Shown here: one piece after another, positions 10,483 through 24,100 of the stretch
How the letters are laid out: each line of letters opens with the position of its first letter
How positions within the stretch are numbered: position 1 is the stretch's first letter
NCBI GenBank assembly: GCA_964016885.1
Contig: OZ024744.1
Coordinates: 134,850,001 to 134,914,000, forward strand
Origin: Eledone cirrhosa
Taxonomy: Eukaryota
DNA: 64,000 bases
Reading direction: 5' to 3'
Program-made: the position numbers and the translations under genes
The notes under the pieces: generated by a model
What the model was told of the DNA's origin: nothing
The model's database searches: none
What the model saw: only the letters and a program-made list of their open reading frames with translations

Positions 10483-13400
10483 AGTCGGGGTTAAGTTAAG
10501 TTGGCGTTATGTTAAGTCAGGCTTAACTTAAGTTGGGGTTCAGTTAAGTTGGGGGTAAGTTAAGTTGCGGGTAAGTTAAGTTGGGGTTAAGTTAAGTTGC
10601 GGTTAAGTTGGGGTTAAGTTAAGTTAGGGTTAAGTTAAGTTGGGGTTGAGTTAAGTTGGGGTTAATTAAGTGGTGGTTATGTTAAGTTGGGGTTAATTTA
10701 AATTGGGGTTAAGTTAACTTTGTGGTTAAGTTAAGTTGGGGTTAAGTTAAGTTGGGGTTAAGTTGGGGTTGAGTTAAGTTGGGGTTGAGTGAAGTTGGGG
10801 TTAAGTTAAGTTGGGGTAAAGTTAAGTTGGGGTTAAGTTAAGTCGGGGTTAAGTTAAGTTGTGGTTGAGTTAAGTTGGGGTTAATTTAAGTTGGGGCTAA
10901 GTTAATTTGTGGTTAAGTTAAGTTGGGGTTAAGTTAAGTTGGGGTTAAGTTAAGTTGGGGTTGAGTTAAGTTGGGGTCAAGTTAAGTTGGGGTTAAGTTG
11001 GGGTTAAGTTAAGTTAGGTTTAAGTTAAGTTGGGGTTAAGTTAAGTTGGGGTTAAGTTAAGTTGGGGTTAAGTTGGGGTTAAGTTAAGTTAGGTTTAAGT
11101 TAAGTTGGGGTTAAGTTAAGTTGGGGTTAAGTTAAGTTGGGGTTAAGTTAAGTTGGGGTTAAGTTAAGTTGGGGTTAAGTTAATTTGTGGTTAAGTTAAG
11201 TTGGGGTTAAGTTAAGTTGGGGTTAAGTTAAGTCGGGGTTAAGTTAAGTTGGGGTTAAGTTAAGTTGGGGTTAATTTAAGTTGGGGTTAAGTTAAGTTGG
11301 GGTTAAGTTAAGTTGGTGTTAAGTTAAGTTGGGGCTAAGTTAAGTTGGGGCTGAGTTAAGTTGGGGCTGAGTTAAGTTGGGGCTAAGTTAAGTTGGGGTT
11401 GAGTTAAGTTGGGGTTAAGTTGGGGTTAAGTTAAGTTAGGTTTAAGTTAAGTTGGGGTTAAGATAAGTTGGGGTTAAGTTAAGTTGGGGTTAAGTTAAGT
11501 TGGGGTTAAGTTAAGTTGGGGTTAAGTTAATTTGTGGTTAAGTTAAGTTGTGGTTAAGTTAAGTTGGGGTTAAGTTAAGTTGGGGTTAAGTTAAGTCGGG
11601 GTTAAATTAAGTTGGGGTTAAGTTAAGTTGGGGTTAATTTAAGTTGGGGTTAAGTTATGTTGGGGTTAAGTTAATTGGGGTTAAGTTAAGTTGGGGTTAA
11701 GTTTAGTTGAGGTTAAGTTAAGTTGGGGTTAAATTAAGTTGGGGTTAAGTTAAGTTGGGGTTAAGTTAAGTTGGGTTAAGTTAAGTTGGGGATAAGTTAA
11801 TTTGGGGATAATTTAAGTTGGGGTTAAGTTAAGTTGGGTTTAAGTTAAGTTGGGGTTAAGTTAAGTTGGGGCTAATTTAAGTTGGGGCTAAGTTAAGTTG
11901 GGGTTAAGTTAAGTTGGGGTTAAGTTAAGTCGGGGTTAAGTTAAGTTGGGGTTAAGTTAAGTTGGGGTTAATTTAAGTTGGGGTTGAGTTAAGTTGGTGT
12001 TGAGTTAAGTTGGGGTTAAGTTAAGTTGGGGTTAAGTTAAGTTGCAGTTAAGTTAAGTTGAGGTTAAGTTAAGGTGCGGTTAAGTTAAGTTGGGGTTAAG
12101 TTAAGTTGGGGCTAAGTTAAGTTGGGGCTAAGTTACGTTGGGGTTAAGTTAAGTTGGGGTTAAGTTAAGTCGGGGTTAATTTAAGTTGGGGTTAAGTTAA
12201 GTTGGGGTTAATTTAAGTTGGGGTTAAGTTAATTTGGGGTTAAGTTAAGTTGGGGTTAAGTTAAGTTGGGGTTAAGTTAAGTTGGGTTTAAGTTAAGTTG
12301 GGGTTAAGTTAAGTTGGGGTTGAGTTAAGTTGGGGCTGAGTTAATTTGGGGTTAAGTTAAGTTGGGGTTAAGTTAAGTTGGGTTTAAGTTAAGTTGGGGT
12401 TAAATTAAGTTGGGGTTAAATTAAGTTGGGGTTAAGTTAAGTTGGGGGTAAGTTAAGTTGGGGGCAAGTTAAGTTGGGGTTAATTTAAGTTGGGGTTAAA
12501 TTAAGTTGGGGTTACGTTAAGTTGGTGTTAAGTTAAGTTGGGGTTAATTTAAGTTGGGGTTAATTAAGTTGGGGTTAAGTTAAGTTGGGGTTAAGTTAAG
12601 TTGGGGTTAATTTAAGTTGGGGTTGAGTTAAGTTGGGGTTAAGTTAAGTTGGGGTTATATTAAGTTGGGGTTAAGTTAAGTTGGGGTTCAGTTAATTTGG
12701 GGTTAAGTTAAGTTGGGGTTAAGTTAAGTTGAGGTTAAGTTAAGTTGGGGTTAAGTTAAGTTGGTGTTAAGTTAAGTTGGGGCTAAGTTAAGTTGGGGTT
12801 GAGTTAAGTTGGGGTTAAGTTGGGGTTAAGTTAAGTTAGGTTTAAGTTAAGTTGGGGTTTAGTTAAGTTGGGGTTAAGTTAAGTTGGGGTTAAGTTAATT
12901 GGGGTTAAGTTAAGTTGGGGTTAAGTTAAGTTGAGGTTAAGTTAAGTTGGGGTTAAATTAAGTTTGGGTTAAGTTAAGTTGGGGTTAAGTTAAGTTGGGG
13001 TTAAGTTAAGTTGGGGATAAGTTAAGTTGGGGATAATTTAAGTTGGGGTTAAGTTAAGTTGGGTTTAAGTTAAGTTGGGGTTAAGTTAAGTTGGGGTTAA
13101 GTTAAGTTGGGGTTAAGTTAAGTTGGGGTTAAGTTAAGTTGGGGCTAAGTTAAGTTGGGGCTGAGTTAAGTTGGAGTTAAGTTAAGTTGGGGTTAAGTTA
13201 AGTTGGGGTTAAGTTAAGTTGGGGTTAATTTAAGTTGGGGTTAAGTTAAGTTGCGGGTAATTTAAGTTGGGGTTAAGTTAAGTTGGGGTTAAGTTAAGTT
13301 GGGGTTAAGTTAAGTTGGGGTTAAGTTAAGTTGGGGCTAATTTAAGTTGGGGCTGAGTTAAGTTGGGGTTAAGTTAAGTTGGGGTTAAGTTAAGTTGGGA

Positions 13401-14162
13401 TTAAGTTAAGTTGGGGTTAAGTTAAGTTGGGGTTTATTTAAGTTGGGGTTAAGTTAAGTTGGGGTTCAGTTAAGTTGGGGTTCAGTTAAGTTGGGGTTAA
13501 GTTAAGTTGGGGTTAAGATGGGGTTAAATTACGTTGGAGTTAAGTTAAGTTGGGGTTAAGTTAAGTTGGGGTTAAGTTAAGTTGGGGTTAAGTTAAGTCG
13601 GGGTTAATTTAAGTCGGGGTTAAGTTAAGTTAGGGTTCAGTTAAGTTGGGGTTAAGTTAAGTTGGGGTTGAGTTAAGATGGGGTTCAGTTAAATTGGGGT
13701 TGAGTTAAGTTGGGGTTGAGTTAAGTTGGTGTTGAGTTAAGTTGGGGTTAAGTTAAATTGGGGTTAAGTTAAGTTGCAGTTAAGTTAAGTTGAGGTTAAG
13801 TTAAGGTGCGGTTAAGTTAAGTTGGGGTTAAGTTAAGTTGGGGCTAAGTTAAGTTGGGGCTAAGTTAAGTTGGGGCTAAGTTAAGTTGGGGTTAAGTTAA
13901 GTTGGGGTTAAGTTAAGTCGGGGTTAAGTTAAGTTGGGGTTAAGTTAAGTTGGGGTTAATTTAAGTTGGGGTTAAGTTAAGTTGGGGTTAAGTTAAGTTG
14001 GGTTTAAGTTAAGTTGGGGTTAAGTTAAGTTGGGGTTAAGTTAAGTTGGGGTTAAGTTAAGTTGGTTAGTTAAGTTGAGTTTAAGTTAAGTTGGGGTTAA
14101 TTTAAGTTGGGGTTAAGTTAAGTTGGGGTTAAGTTAAGTTGGGGTTAAGATAAGTTGGGGTT

Positions 14163-14337
14163 AACCCCAACTTAACTTAACCCCAACTTCACTCAACCCC
14201 AACGTAACTCAACCCCAACTTAACTTAACCCCAACTTCACTCAACCCCAACTTAACTTAACCCCAACTTCACTCAACCCCAACTTCCAACTTGACTTAAC
14301 CCCAACTTAACTTAGCCCCAACTTAACTTAAGCCCAA
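14163..14337 (-). repeat. Inverted cassette 7, haplotype A (175 bp)
   Basis: A deletion mark; GATAAG upstream. Confidence 0.95.
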
Positions 14338-17300
14338 AGTCGGGGTTAAGTTAAGTTGGCGTTAAGTTAAGTTGGCGTTAAGTTAAGTTAGGCTTAACTT
14401 AAGTTGGGGTTCAGTTAAGTTGGGGGTAAGTTAAGTTGGGGGTAAGTTAAGTTGGGGGTAAGTTAAGTTGGGGTTAAGTTAAGTTGCGGTTAAGTTGGGG
14501 TTAAGTTAAGTTAGGGTTAAGTTAAGTTGGGGTTGAGTTAAGTTGGGGTTAATTAAGTGGTGGTTATGTTAAGTTGGGGTTAAGTTAAGTTGGGGTTAAT
14601 TTAAATTGGGGTTAAGTTAACTTTGTGGTTAAGTTAAGTTGGGGTTAAGTTAAGTTGGGGTAAAGTTGGGGTTGAGTTAAGTTGGGGTTGAGTGAAGTTG
14701 GGGTTAAGTTAAGTTGGGGTTAAGTTAAGTTGGGGTTAAGATAAGTCGGGGTTAAGTTAAGTTGTGGTTGATTTAAGTTGGGGTTAATTTAAGTTGGGGC
14801 TAAGTTAATTTGTGGTTAAGTTAAGTTAGGGTTAAGTTAAGTTGGGGTTAAGTTAAGTTGGGGTTGAGTTAAGTTGGGGTTGAGTTAATTTGGGGTTAAG
14901 TTAAGTTGGGGTTAAGTTAAGTTGGGTTTAAGTTAAGTTGGGGTTAAATTAAGTTGGGGTTAAATTAAGTTGGGGTTAAGTTAAGTTGGGGGTAAGTTAA
15001 GTTGGGGGCAAGTTAATTTGGGCTTAATTTAAGTTGGGGTTAAATTAAGTTGTGGTTACGTTAAGTTGGTGTTAAGTTAAGTTGGGGTTAATTTAAGTTG
15101 GGGTTAATTAAGTTGGGGTTAAGTTAAGTTGGGGTTAAGTTAAGTTGGGGTTAATTTAAGTTGGGGTTGAGTTAAGTTGGGGTTAAGTTAAGTTGGGGTT
15201 ATATTAAGTTGGGGTTAAGTTAAGTTGGGGTTCAGTTAAGTTGGGGTTAAGTTAAGTTGGGGTTAAGTTAAGTTGAGGTTAAGTTAAGTTGGGGTTAAGT
15301 TAAGTTGGTGTTAAGTTAAGTTGGATCTAAGTTAAGTTGGGGTTGAGTTAAGTTGGGGTTAAGTTGGGGTTAAGTTAAGTTAGGTTTAAGTTAAGTTGGG
15401 GTTAAGTTAAGTTGGGGTTAAGTTAAGTTGTGGTTAAGTTAAGTTGGGGTTAAGTTAAGTTGGGGTTAAGTTAAGTCGGGGTTAAGTTAAGTTGGGGTTA
15501 ATTTAAGTTGGGGTTAATTTAAGTTGGGGTTAAGTTAAGTTGGGGTTAAGTTAAGTTGGGGTTAAGTTAATTGGGGTTAAGTTAAGTTGGGGTTAAGTTA
15601 AGTTGAGGTTAAGTTAAGTTGGGGTTAAATTAAGTTTGGGTTAAGTTAAGTTGGGGTTAAGTTAAGTTGGGGTTAAGTTAAGTTGGGGATAAGTTAAGTT
15701 GGGGATAATTTAAGTTGGGGTTAAGTTAAGTTGGGTTTAAGTTAAGTTGGGGTTAAGTTAAGTTGGGGTTAAGTTAAGTTGGGGTTAAATTAAGTTGGGG
15801 TTAAGTTAAGTTGGGGCTAAGTTAAGTTGGGGCTGAGTTAAGTTGGAGTTAAGTTAAGTTGGGGTTAAGTTAAGTTGGGGTTAAGTTAAGTTGGGGTTAA
15901 TTTAAGTTGGGGTTAAGTTAAGTTGCGGGTAATTTAAGTTGGGGTTAAGTTAAGTTGGGGTCAAGTTAAGTTGGGGTTAAGTTAAGTTGGGGTTAAGTTA
16001 AGTTGGGGTTAAGTTAAGTTGGGGCTAATTTAAGTTGGGGCTGAGTTAAGTTGGGGTTAAGTTAAGTTGGGGTTAAGTTAAGTTGGGATTAAGTTAAGTT
16101 GGGGTTAAGTTAAGTTGGGGTTTATTTAAGTTGGGGTTAAGTTAAGTTGGGGTTCAGTTAAGTTGGGGTTCAGTTAAGTTGGGGTTAAGTTAAGTTGGGG
16201 TTAAGTTAAGTTGGGGTTAAGTTAAGTTGGGGTTAAGTTAATTTGTGGTTAAGTTAAGTTGTGGTTAAGTTAAGTTGGGGTTAAGTTAAGTTGGGGTTAA
16301 GTTAAGTCGGGGTTAAATTAAGTTGGGGTTAAGTTAAGTTGGGGTTAATTTAAGTTGGGGTTAAGTTATGTTGGGATTAAGTTAATTGGGGTTAAGTTAA
16401 GTTGGGGTTAAGTTTAGTTGAGGTTAAGTTAAGTTGGGGTTAAATTAAGTTGGGGTTAAGTTAAGTTGGGGTTAAGTTAAGTTGGGTTAAGTTAAGTTGG
16501 GGATAAGTTAATTTGGGGATAATTTAAGTTGGGGTTAAGTTAAGTTGGGTTTAAGTTAAGTTGGGGTTAAGTTAAGTTGGGGCTAAGTTAAGTTGGGGCT
16601 AAGTTAAGTTGGGGTTAAGTTAAGTTGGGGTTAAGTTAAGTCGGGGTTAAGTTAAGTTGGGGTTAAGTTAAGTTGGGGTTAATTTAAGTTGGGGTTGAGT
16701 TAAGTTGGTGTTGAGTTAAGTTGGGGTTAAGTTAAGTTGGGGTTAAGTTAAGTTGCAGTTAAGTTAAGTTGAGGTTAAGTTAAGGTGCGGTTAAGTTAAG
16801 TTGGGGTTAAGTTAAGTTGGGGCTAAGTTAAGTTGGGGCTAAGTTACGTTGGGGTTAAGTTAAGTTGGGGTTAAGTTAAGTCGGGGTTAATTTAAGTTGG
16901 GGTTAAGTTAAGTTGGGGTTAATTTAAGTTGGGGTTAAGTTAATTTGGGGTTAAGTTAAGTTGGGGTTAAGTTAAGTTGGGGTTAAGTTAAGTTGGGTTT
17001 AAGTTAAGTTGGGGTTAAGTTAAGTTGGGGTTGAGTTAAGTTGGGGCTGAGTTAATTTGGGGTTAAGTTAAGTTGGGGTTAAGTTAAGTTGGGTTTAAGT
17101 TAAGTTGGGGTTAAATTAAGTTGGGGTTAAATTAAGTTGGGGTTAAGTTAAGTTGGGGGTAAGTTAAGTTGGGGGCAAGTTAAGTTGGGGTTAATTTAAG
17201 TTGGGGTTAAATTAAGTTGGGGTTACGTTAAGTTGGTGTTAAGTTAAGTTGGGGTTAATTTAAGTTGGGGTTAATTAAGTTGGGGTTAAGTTAAGTTGGG

Positions 17301-18873
17301 GTTAAGTTAAGTTGGGGTTAATTTAAGTTGGGGTTGAGTTAAGTTGGGGTTAAGTTAAGTTGGGGTTATATTAAGTTGGGGTTAAGTTAAGTTGGGGTTC
17401 AGTTAAGTTGGGGTTAAGTTAAGTTGGGGTTAAGTTAAGTTGAGGTTAAGTTAAGTTGGGGTTAAGTTAAGTTGGTGTTAAGTTAAGTTGGGGCTAAGTT
17501 AAGTTGGGGTTGAGTTAAGTTGGGGTTAAGTTGGGGTTAAGTTAAGTTAGGTTTAAGTTAAGTTGGGGTTTAGTTAAGTTGGGGTTAAGTTAAGTTGGGG
17601 TTAAGTTAATTGGGGTTAAGTTAAGTTGGGGTTAAGTTAAGTTGAGGTTAAGTTAAGTTGGGGTTAAATTAAGTTTGGGTTAAGTTAAGTTGGGGTTAAG
17701 TTAAGTTGGGGTTAAGTTAAGTTGGGGATAAGTTAAGTTGGGGATAATTTAAGTTGGGGTTAAGTTAAGTTGGGTTTAAGTTAAGTTGGGGTTAAGTTAA
17801 GTTGGGGTTAAGTTAAGTTGGGGTTAAGTTAAGTTGGGGTTAAGTTAAGTTGGGGCTAAGTTAAGTTGGGGCTGAGTTAAGTTGGAGTTAAGTTAAGTTG
17901 GGGTTAAGTTAAGTTGGGGTTAAGTTAAGTTGGGGTTAATTTAAGTTGGGGTTAAGTTAAGTTGCGGGTAATTTAAGTTGGGGTTAAGTTAAGTTGGGGT
18001 TAAGTTAAGTTGGGGTTAAGTTAAGTTGGGGTTAAGTTAAGTTGGGGCTAATTTAAGTTGGGGCTGAGTTAAGTTGGGGTTAAGTTAAGTTGGGGTTAAG
18101 TTAAGTTGGGATTAAGTTAAGTTGGGGTTAAGTTAAGTTGGGGTTTATTTAAGTTGGGGTTAAGTTAAGTTGGGGTTCAGTTAAGTTGGGGTTCAGTTAA
18201 GTTGGGGTTAAGTTAAGTTGGGGTTAAGATGGGGTTAAATTACGTTGGAGTTAAGTTAAGTTGGGGTTAAGTTAAGTTGGGGTTAAGTTAAGTTGGGGTT
18301 AAGTTAAGTCGGGGTTAATTTAAGTCGGGGTTAAGTTAAGTTAGGGTTCAGTTAAGTTGGGGTTAAGTTAAGTTGGGGTTGAGTTAAGATGGGGTTCAGT
18401 TAAATTGGGGTTGAGTTAAGTTGGGGTTGAGTTAAGTTGGTGTTGAGTTAAGTTGGGGTTAAGTTAAATTGGGGTTAAGTTAAGTTGCAGTTAAGTTAAG
18501 TTGAGGTTAAGTTAAGGTGCGGTTAAGTTAAGTTGGGGTTAAGTTAAGTTGGGGCTAAGTTAAGTTGGGGCTAAGTTAAGTTGGGGCTAAGTTAAGTTGG
18601 GGTTAAGTTAAGTTGGGGTTAAGTTAAGTCGGGGTTAAGTTAAGTTGGGGTTAAGTTAAGTTGGGGTTAATTTAAGTTGGGGTTAAGTTAAGTTGGGGTT
18701 AAGTTAAGTTGGGTTTAAGTTAAGTTGGGGTTAAGTTAAGTTGGGGTTAAGTTAAGTTGGGGTTAAGTTAAGTTGGTTAGTTAAGTTGAGTTTAAGTTAA
18801 GTTGGGGTTAATTTAAGTTGGGGTTAAGTTAAGTTGGGGTTAAGTTAAGTTGGGGTTAAGATAAGTTGGGGTT

Positions 18874-19048
18874 AACCCCAACTTAACTTAACCCCAACTT
18901 CACTCAACCCCAACGTAACTCAACCCCAACTTAACTTAACCCCAACTTCACTCAACCCCAACTTAACTTAACCCCAACTTCACTCAACCCCAACTTCCAA
19001 CTTGACTTAACCCCAACTTAACTTAGCCCCAACTTAACTTAAGCCCAA
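18874..19048 (-). repeat. Inverted cassette 8, haplotype A (175 bp)
   Basis: A deletion mark; lies exactly 4711 bp after cassette 7. Confidence 0.95.
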
Positions 19049-20945
19049 AGTCGGGGTTAAGTTAAGTTGGCGTTAAGTTAAGTTGGCGTTAAGTTAAGTT
19101 AGGCTTAACTTAAGTTGGGGTTCAGTTAAGTTGGGGGTAAGTTAAGTTGGGGGTAAGTTAAGTTGGGGGTAAGTTAAGTTGGGGTTAAGTTAAGTTGCGG
19201 TTAAGTTGGGGTTAAGTTAAGTTAGGGTTAAGTTAAGTTGGGGTTGAGTTAAGTTGGGGTTAATTAAGTGGTGGTTATGTTAAGTTGGGGTTAAGTTAAG
19301 TTGGGGTTAATTTAAATTGGGGTTAAGTTAACTTTGTGGTTAAGTTAAGTTGGGGTTAAGTTAAGTTGGGGTAAAGTTGGGGTTGAGTTAAGTTGGGGTT
19401 GAGTGAAGTTGGGGTTAAGTTAAGTTGGGGTTAAGTTAAGTTGGGGTTAAGATAAGTCGGGGTTAAGTTAAGTTGTGGTTGATTTAAGTTGGGGTTAATT
19501 TAAGTTGGGGCTAAGTTAATTTGTGGTTAAGTTAAGTTAGGGTTAAGTTAAGTTGGGGTTAAGTTAAGTTGGGGTTGAGTTAAGTTGGGGTTGAGTTAAT
19601 TTGGGGTTAAGTTAAGTTGGGGTTAAGTTAAGTTGGGTTTAAGTTAAGTTGGGGTTAAATTAAGTTGGGGTTAAATTAAGTTGGGGTTAAGTTAAGTTGG
19701 GGGTAAGTTAAGTTGGGGGCAAGTTAATTTGGGCTTAATTTAAGTTGGGGTTAAATTAAGTTGTGGTTACGTTAAGTTGGTGTTAAGTTAAGTTGGGGTT
19801 AATTTAAGTTGGGGTTAATTAAGTTGGGGTTAAGTTAAGTTGGGGTTAAGTTAAGTTGGGGTTAATTTAAGTTGGGGTTGAGTTAAGTTGGGGTTAAGTT
19901 AAGTTGGGGTTATATTAAGTTGGGGTTAAGTTAAGTTGGGGTTCAGTTAAGTTGGGGTTAAGTTAAGTTGGGGTTAAGTTAAGTTGAGGTTAAGTTAAGT
20001 TGGGGTTAAGTTAAGTTGGTGTTAAGTTAAGTTGGATCTAAGTTAAGTTGGGGTTGAGTTAAGTTGGGGTTAAGTTGGGGTTAAGTTAAGTTAAGTTTAA
20101 GTTAAGTTGGGGTTAAGTTAAGTTGGGGTTAAGTTAAGTTGTGGTTAAGTTAAGTTGGGGTTAAGTTAAGTTGGGGTTAAGTTAAGTCGGGGTTAAGTTA
20201 AGTTGGGGTTAATTTAAGTTGGGGTTAATTTAAGTTGGGGTTAAGTTAAGTTGGGGTTAAGTTAAGTTGGGGTTAAGTTAATTGGGGTTAAGTTAAGTTG
20301 GGGTTAAGTTAAGTTGAGGTTAAGTTAAGTTGGGGTTAAATTAAGTTTGGGTTAAGTTAAGTTGGGGTTAAGTTAAGTTGGGGTTAAGTTAAGTTGGGGA
20401 TAAGTTAAGTTGGGGATAATTTAAGTTGGGGTTAAGTTAAGTTGGGTTTAAGTTAAGTTGGGGTTAAGTTAAGTTGGGGTTAAGTTAAGTTGGGGTTAAA
20501 TTAAGTTGGGGTTAAGTTAAGTTGGGGCTAAGTTAAGTTGGGGCTGAGTTAAGTTGGAGTTAAGTTAAGTTGGGGTTAAGTTAAGTTGGGGTTAAGTTAA
20601 GTTGGGGTTAATTTAAGTTGGGGTTAAGTTAAGTTGCGGGTAATTTAAGTTGGGGTTAAGTTAAGTTGGGGTCAAGTTAAGTTGGGGTTAAGTTAAGTTG
20701 GGGTTAAGTTAAGTTGGGGTTAAGTTAAGTTGGGGCTAATTTAAGTTGGGGCTGAGTTAAGTTGGGGTTAAGTTAAGTTGGGGTTAAGTTAAGTTGGGAT
20801 TAAGTTAAGTTGGGGTTAAGTTAAGTTGGGGTTTATTTAAGTTGGGGTTAAGTTAAGTTGGGGTTCAGTTAAGTTGGGGTTCAGTTAAGTTGGGGTTAAG
20901 TTAAGTTGGGGTTAAGTTAAGTTGGGGTTAAGATAAGTTGGGGTT

Positions 20946-21120
20946 AACCCCAACTTAACTTAACCCCAACTTCACTCAACCCCAACGTAACTCAACCCCA
21001 ACTTAACTTAACCCCAACTTCACTCAACCCCAACTTAACTTAACCCCAACTTCACTCAACCCCAACTTCCAACTTGACTTAACCCCAACTTAACTTAGCC
21101 CCAACTTAACTTAAGCCCAA
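20946..21120 (-). repeat. Inverted cassette 9, haplotype A (175 bp)
   Basis: A deletion mark; GATAAG upstream. Confidence 0.95.
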
Positions 21121-24100
21121 AGTCGGGGTTAAGTTAAGTTGGCGTTAAGTTAAGTTGGCGTTAAGTTAAGTTAGGCTTAACTTAAGTTGGGGTTCAGTTA
21201 AGTTGGGGGTAAGTTAAGTTGGGGGTAAGTTAAGTTGGGGTTAAGTTAAGTTGCGGTTAAGTTGGGGTTAAGTTAAGTTAGGGTTAAGTTAAGTTGGGGT
21301 TGAGTTAAGTTGGGGTTAATTAAGTGGTGGTTATGTTAAGTTGGGGTTAAGTTAAGTTGGGGTTAATTTAAATTGGGGTTAAGTTAACTTTGTGGTTAAG
21401 TTAAGTTGGGGTTGAGTTAAGTTGGGGTTAAGTTGGGGTTAAGTTAAGTTAGGTTTAAGTTAAGTTGGGGTTAAGTTAAGTTGGGGTTAAGTTAAGTTGT
21501 GGTTAAGTTAAGTTGGGGTTAAGTTAAGTTGGGGTTAAGTTAAGTTGGGTTTAAGTTAAGTTGGGGTTAAATTAAGTTGGGGTTAAATTAAGTTGGGGTT
21601 AAGTTAAGTTGGGGGTAAGTTAAGTTGGGGGCAAGTTAAGTTGGGGTTAATTTAAGTTGGGGTTAAATTAAGTTGGGGTTACGTTAAGTTGGTGTTAAGT
21701 TAAGTTGGGGTTAATTTAAGTTGGGGTTAATTAAGTTGGGGTTAAGTTAAGTTGGGGTTAAGTTAAGTTGGGGTTAATTTAAGTTGGGGTTGAGTTAAGT
21801 TGGGGTTCAGTTAAGTTGGGGTTATATTAAGTTGGGGTTAAGTTAAGTTGGGGTTCAGTTAAGTTGGGGTTAAGTTAAGTTGGGGTTAAGTTAAGTTGAG
21901 GTTAAGTTAAGTTGGGGTTAAGTTAAGTTGGTGTTAAGTTAAGTTGGGGCTAAGTTAAGTTGGGGTTGAGTTAAGTTGGGGTTAAGTTGGGGTTAAGTTA
22001 AGTTAGGTTTAAGTTAAGTTGGGGTTTAGTTAAGTTGGGGTTAAGTTAAGTTGTGGTTAAGTTAAGTTGGGGTTAAGTTAAGTTGGGGTTAAGTTAAGTC
22101 GGGGTTAAGTTAAGTTGGGGTTAATTTAAGTTGGGGTTAATTTAAGTTGGGGTTAAGTTAAGTTGGGGTTAAGTTAAGTTGGGGTTAAGTTAATTGGGGT
22201 TAAGTTAAGTTGGGGTTAAGTTAAGTTGAGGTTAAGTTAAGTTGGGGTTAAATTAAGTTTGGGTTAAGTTAAGTTGGGGTTAAGTTAAGTTGGGGTTAAG
22301 TTAAGTTGGGGTTCAGTTAAGTTGGGGGTAAGTTAAGTTGGGGGTAAGTTAAGTTGGCGTTAAGTTAAGTTGGCGTTAAGTTAAGTTAGGCTTAACTTAA
22401 GTTGGGGTTCAGTTAAGTTGGGGGTAAGTTAAGTTGGGGGTAAGTTAAGTTGGGGGTAAGTTAAGTTGGGGTTAAGTTAAGTTGCGGTTAAGTTGGGGTT
22501 AAGTTAAGTTAGGGTTAAGTTAAGTTGGGGTTGAGTTAAGTTGGGGTTAATTAAGTGGTGGTTATGTTAAGTTGGGGTTAAGTTAAGTTGGGGTTAATTT
22601 AAATTGGGGTTAAGTTAACTTTGTGGTTAAGTTAAGTTGGGGTTAAGTTAAGTTGGGGTAAAGTTGGGGTTGAGTTAAGTTGGGGTTGAGTGAAGTTGGG
22701 GTTAAGTTAAGTTGGGGTTAAGTTAAGTTGGGGTTAAGATAAGTCGGGGTTAAGTTAAGTTGTGGTTGATTTAAGTTGGGGTTAATTTAAGTTGGGGCTA
22801 AGTTAATTTGTGGTTAAGTTAAGTTAGGGTTAAGTTAAGTTGGGGTTAAGTTAAGTTGGGGTTGAGTTAAGTTGGGGTTGAGTTAATTTGGGGTTAAGTT
22901 AAGTTGGGGTTAAGTTAAGTTGGGTTTAAGTTAAGTTGGGGTTAAATTAAGTTGGGGTTAAATTAAGTTGGGGTTAAGTTAAGTTGGGGGTAAGTTAAGT
23001 TGGGGGCAAGTTAATTTGGGCTTAATTTAAGTTGGGGTTAAATTAAGTTGTGGTTACGTTAAGTTGGTGTTAAGTTAAGTTGGGGTTAATTTAAGTTGGG
23101 GTTAATTAAGTTGGGGTTAAGTTAAGTTGGGGTTAAGTTAAGTTGGGGTTAATTTAAGTTGGGGTTGAGTTAAGTTGGGGTTAAGTTAAGTTGGGGTTAT
23201 ATTAAGTTGGGGTTAAGTTAAGTTGGGGTTCAGTTAAGTTGGGGTTAAGTTAAGTTGGGGTTAAGTTAAGTTGAGGTTAAGTTAAGTTGGGGTTAAGTTA
23301 AGTTGGTGTTAAGTTAAGTTGGATCTAAGTTAAGTTGGGGTTGAGTTAAGTTGGGGTTAAGTTGGGGTTAAGTTAAGTTAGGTTTAAGTTAAGTTGGGGT
23401 TAAGTTAAGTTGGGGTTAAGTTAAGTTGTGGTTAAGTTAAGTTGGGGTTAAGTTAAGTTGGGGTTAAGTTAAGTCGGGGTTAATTTAAGTTGGGGTTAAT
23501 TTAAGTTGGGGTTAATTTAAGTTGGGGTTAAGTTAAGTTGGGGTTAAGTTAAGTTGGGGTTAAGTTAATTGGGGTTAAGTTAAGTTGGGGTTAAGTTAAG
23601 TTGAGGTTAAGTTAAGTTGGGGTTAAATTAAGTTTGGGTTAAGTTAAATTGGGGTTAAGTTAAGTTGGGGTTAAGTTAAGTTGGGGATAAGTTAAGTTGG
23701 GGATAATTTAAGTTGGGGTTAAGTTAAGTTGGGTTTAAGTTAAGTTGGGGTTAAGTTAAGTTGGGGTTAAGTTAAGTTGGGGTTAAATTAAGTTGGGGTT
23801 AAGTTAAGTTGGGGCTAAGTTAAGTTGGGGCTGAGTTAAGTTGGAGTTAAGTTAAGTTGGGGTTAAGTTAAGTTGGGGTTAAGTTAAGTTGGGGTTAATT
23901 TAAGTTGGGGTTAAGTTAAGTTGCGGGTAATTTAAGTTGGGGTTAAGTTAAGTTGGGGTCAAGTTAAGTTGGGGTTAAGTTAAGTTGGGGTTAAGTTAAG
24001 TTGGGGTTAAGTTAAGTTGGGGCTAATTTAAGTTGGGGCTGAGTTAAGTTGGGGTTAAGTTAAGTTGGGGTTAAGTTAAGTTGGGATTAAGTTAAGTTGG

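Larger units (their letters stand above)
11490..20910 (+). repeat. Near-perfect tandem duplication with a 4711-bp period
   Basis: Constant 4711 offset for TATG 11656/16367, GTTTAG 11701/16412, TACG 13530/18241, cassettes 14163/18874 and GGATCT 15323/20034. Boundaries approximate. Confidence 0.92.
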
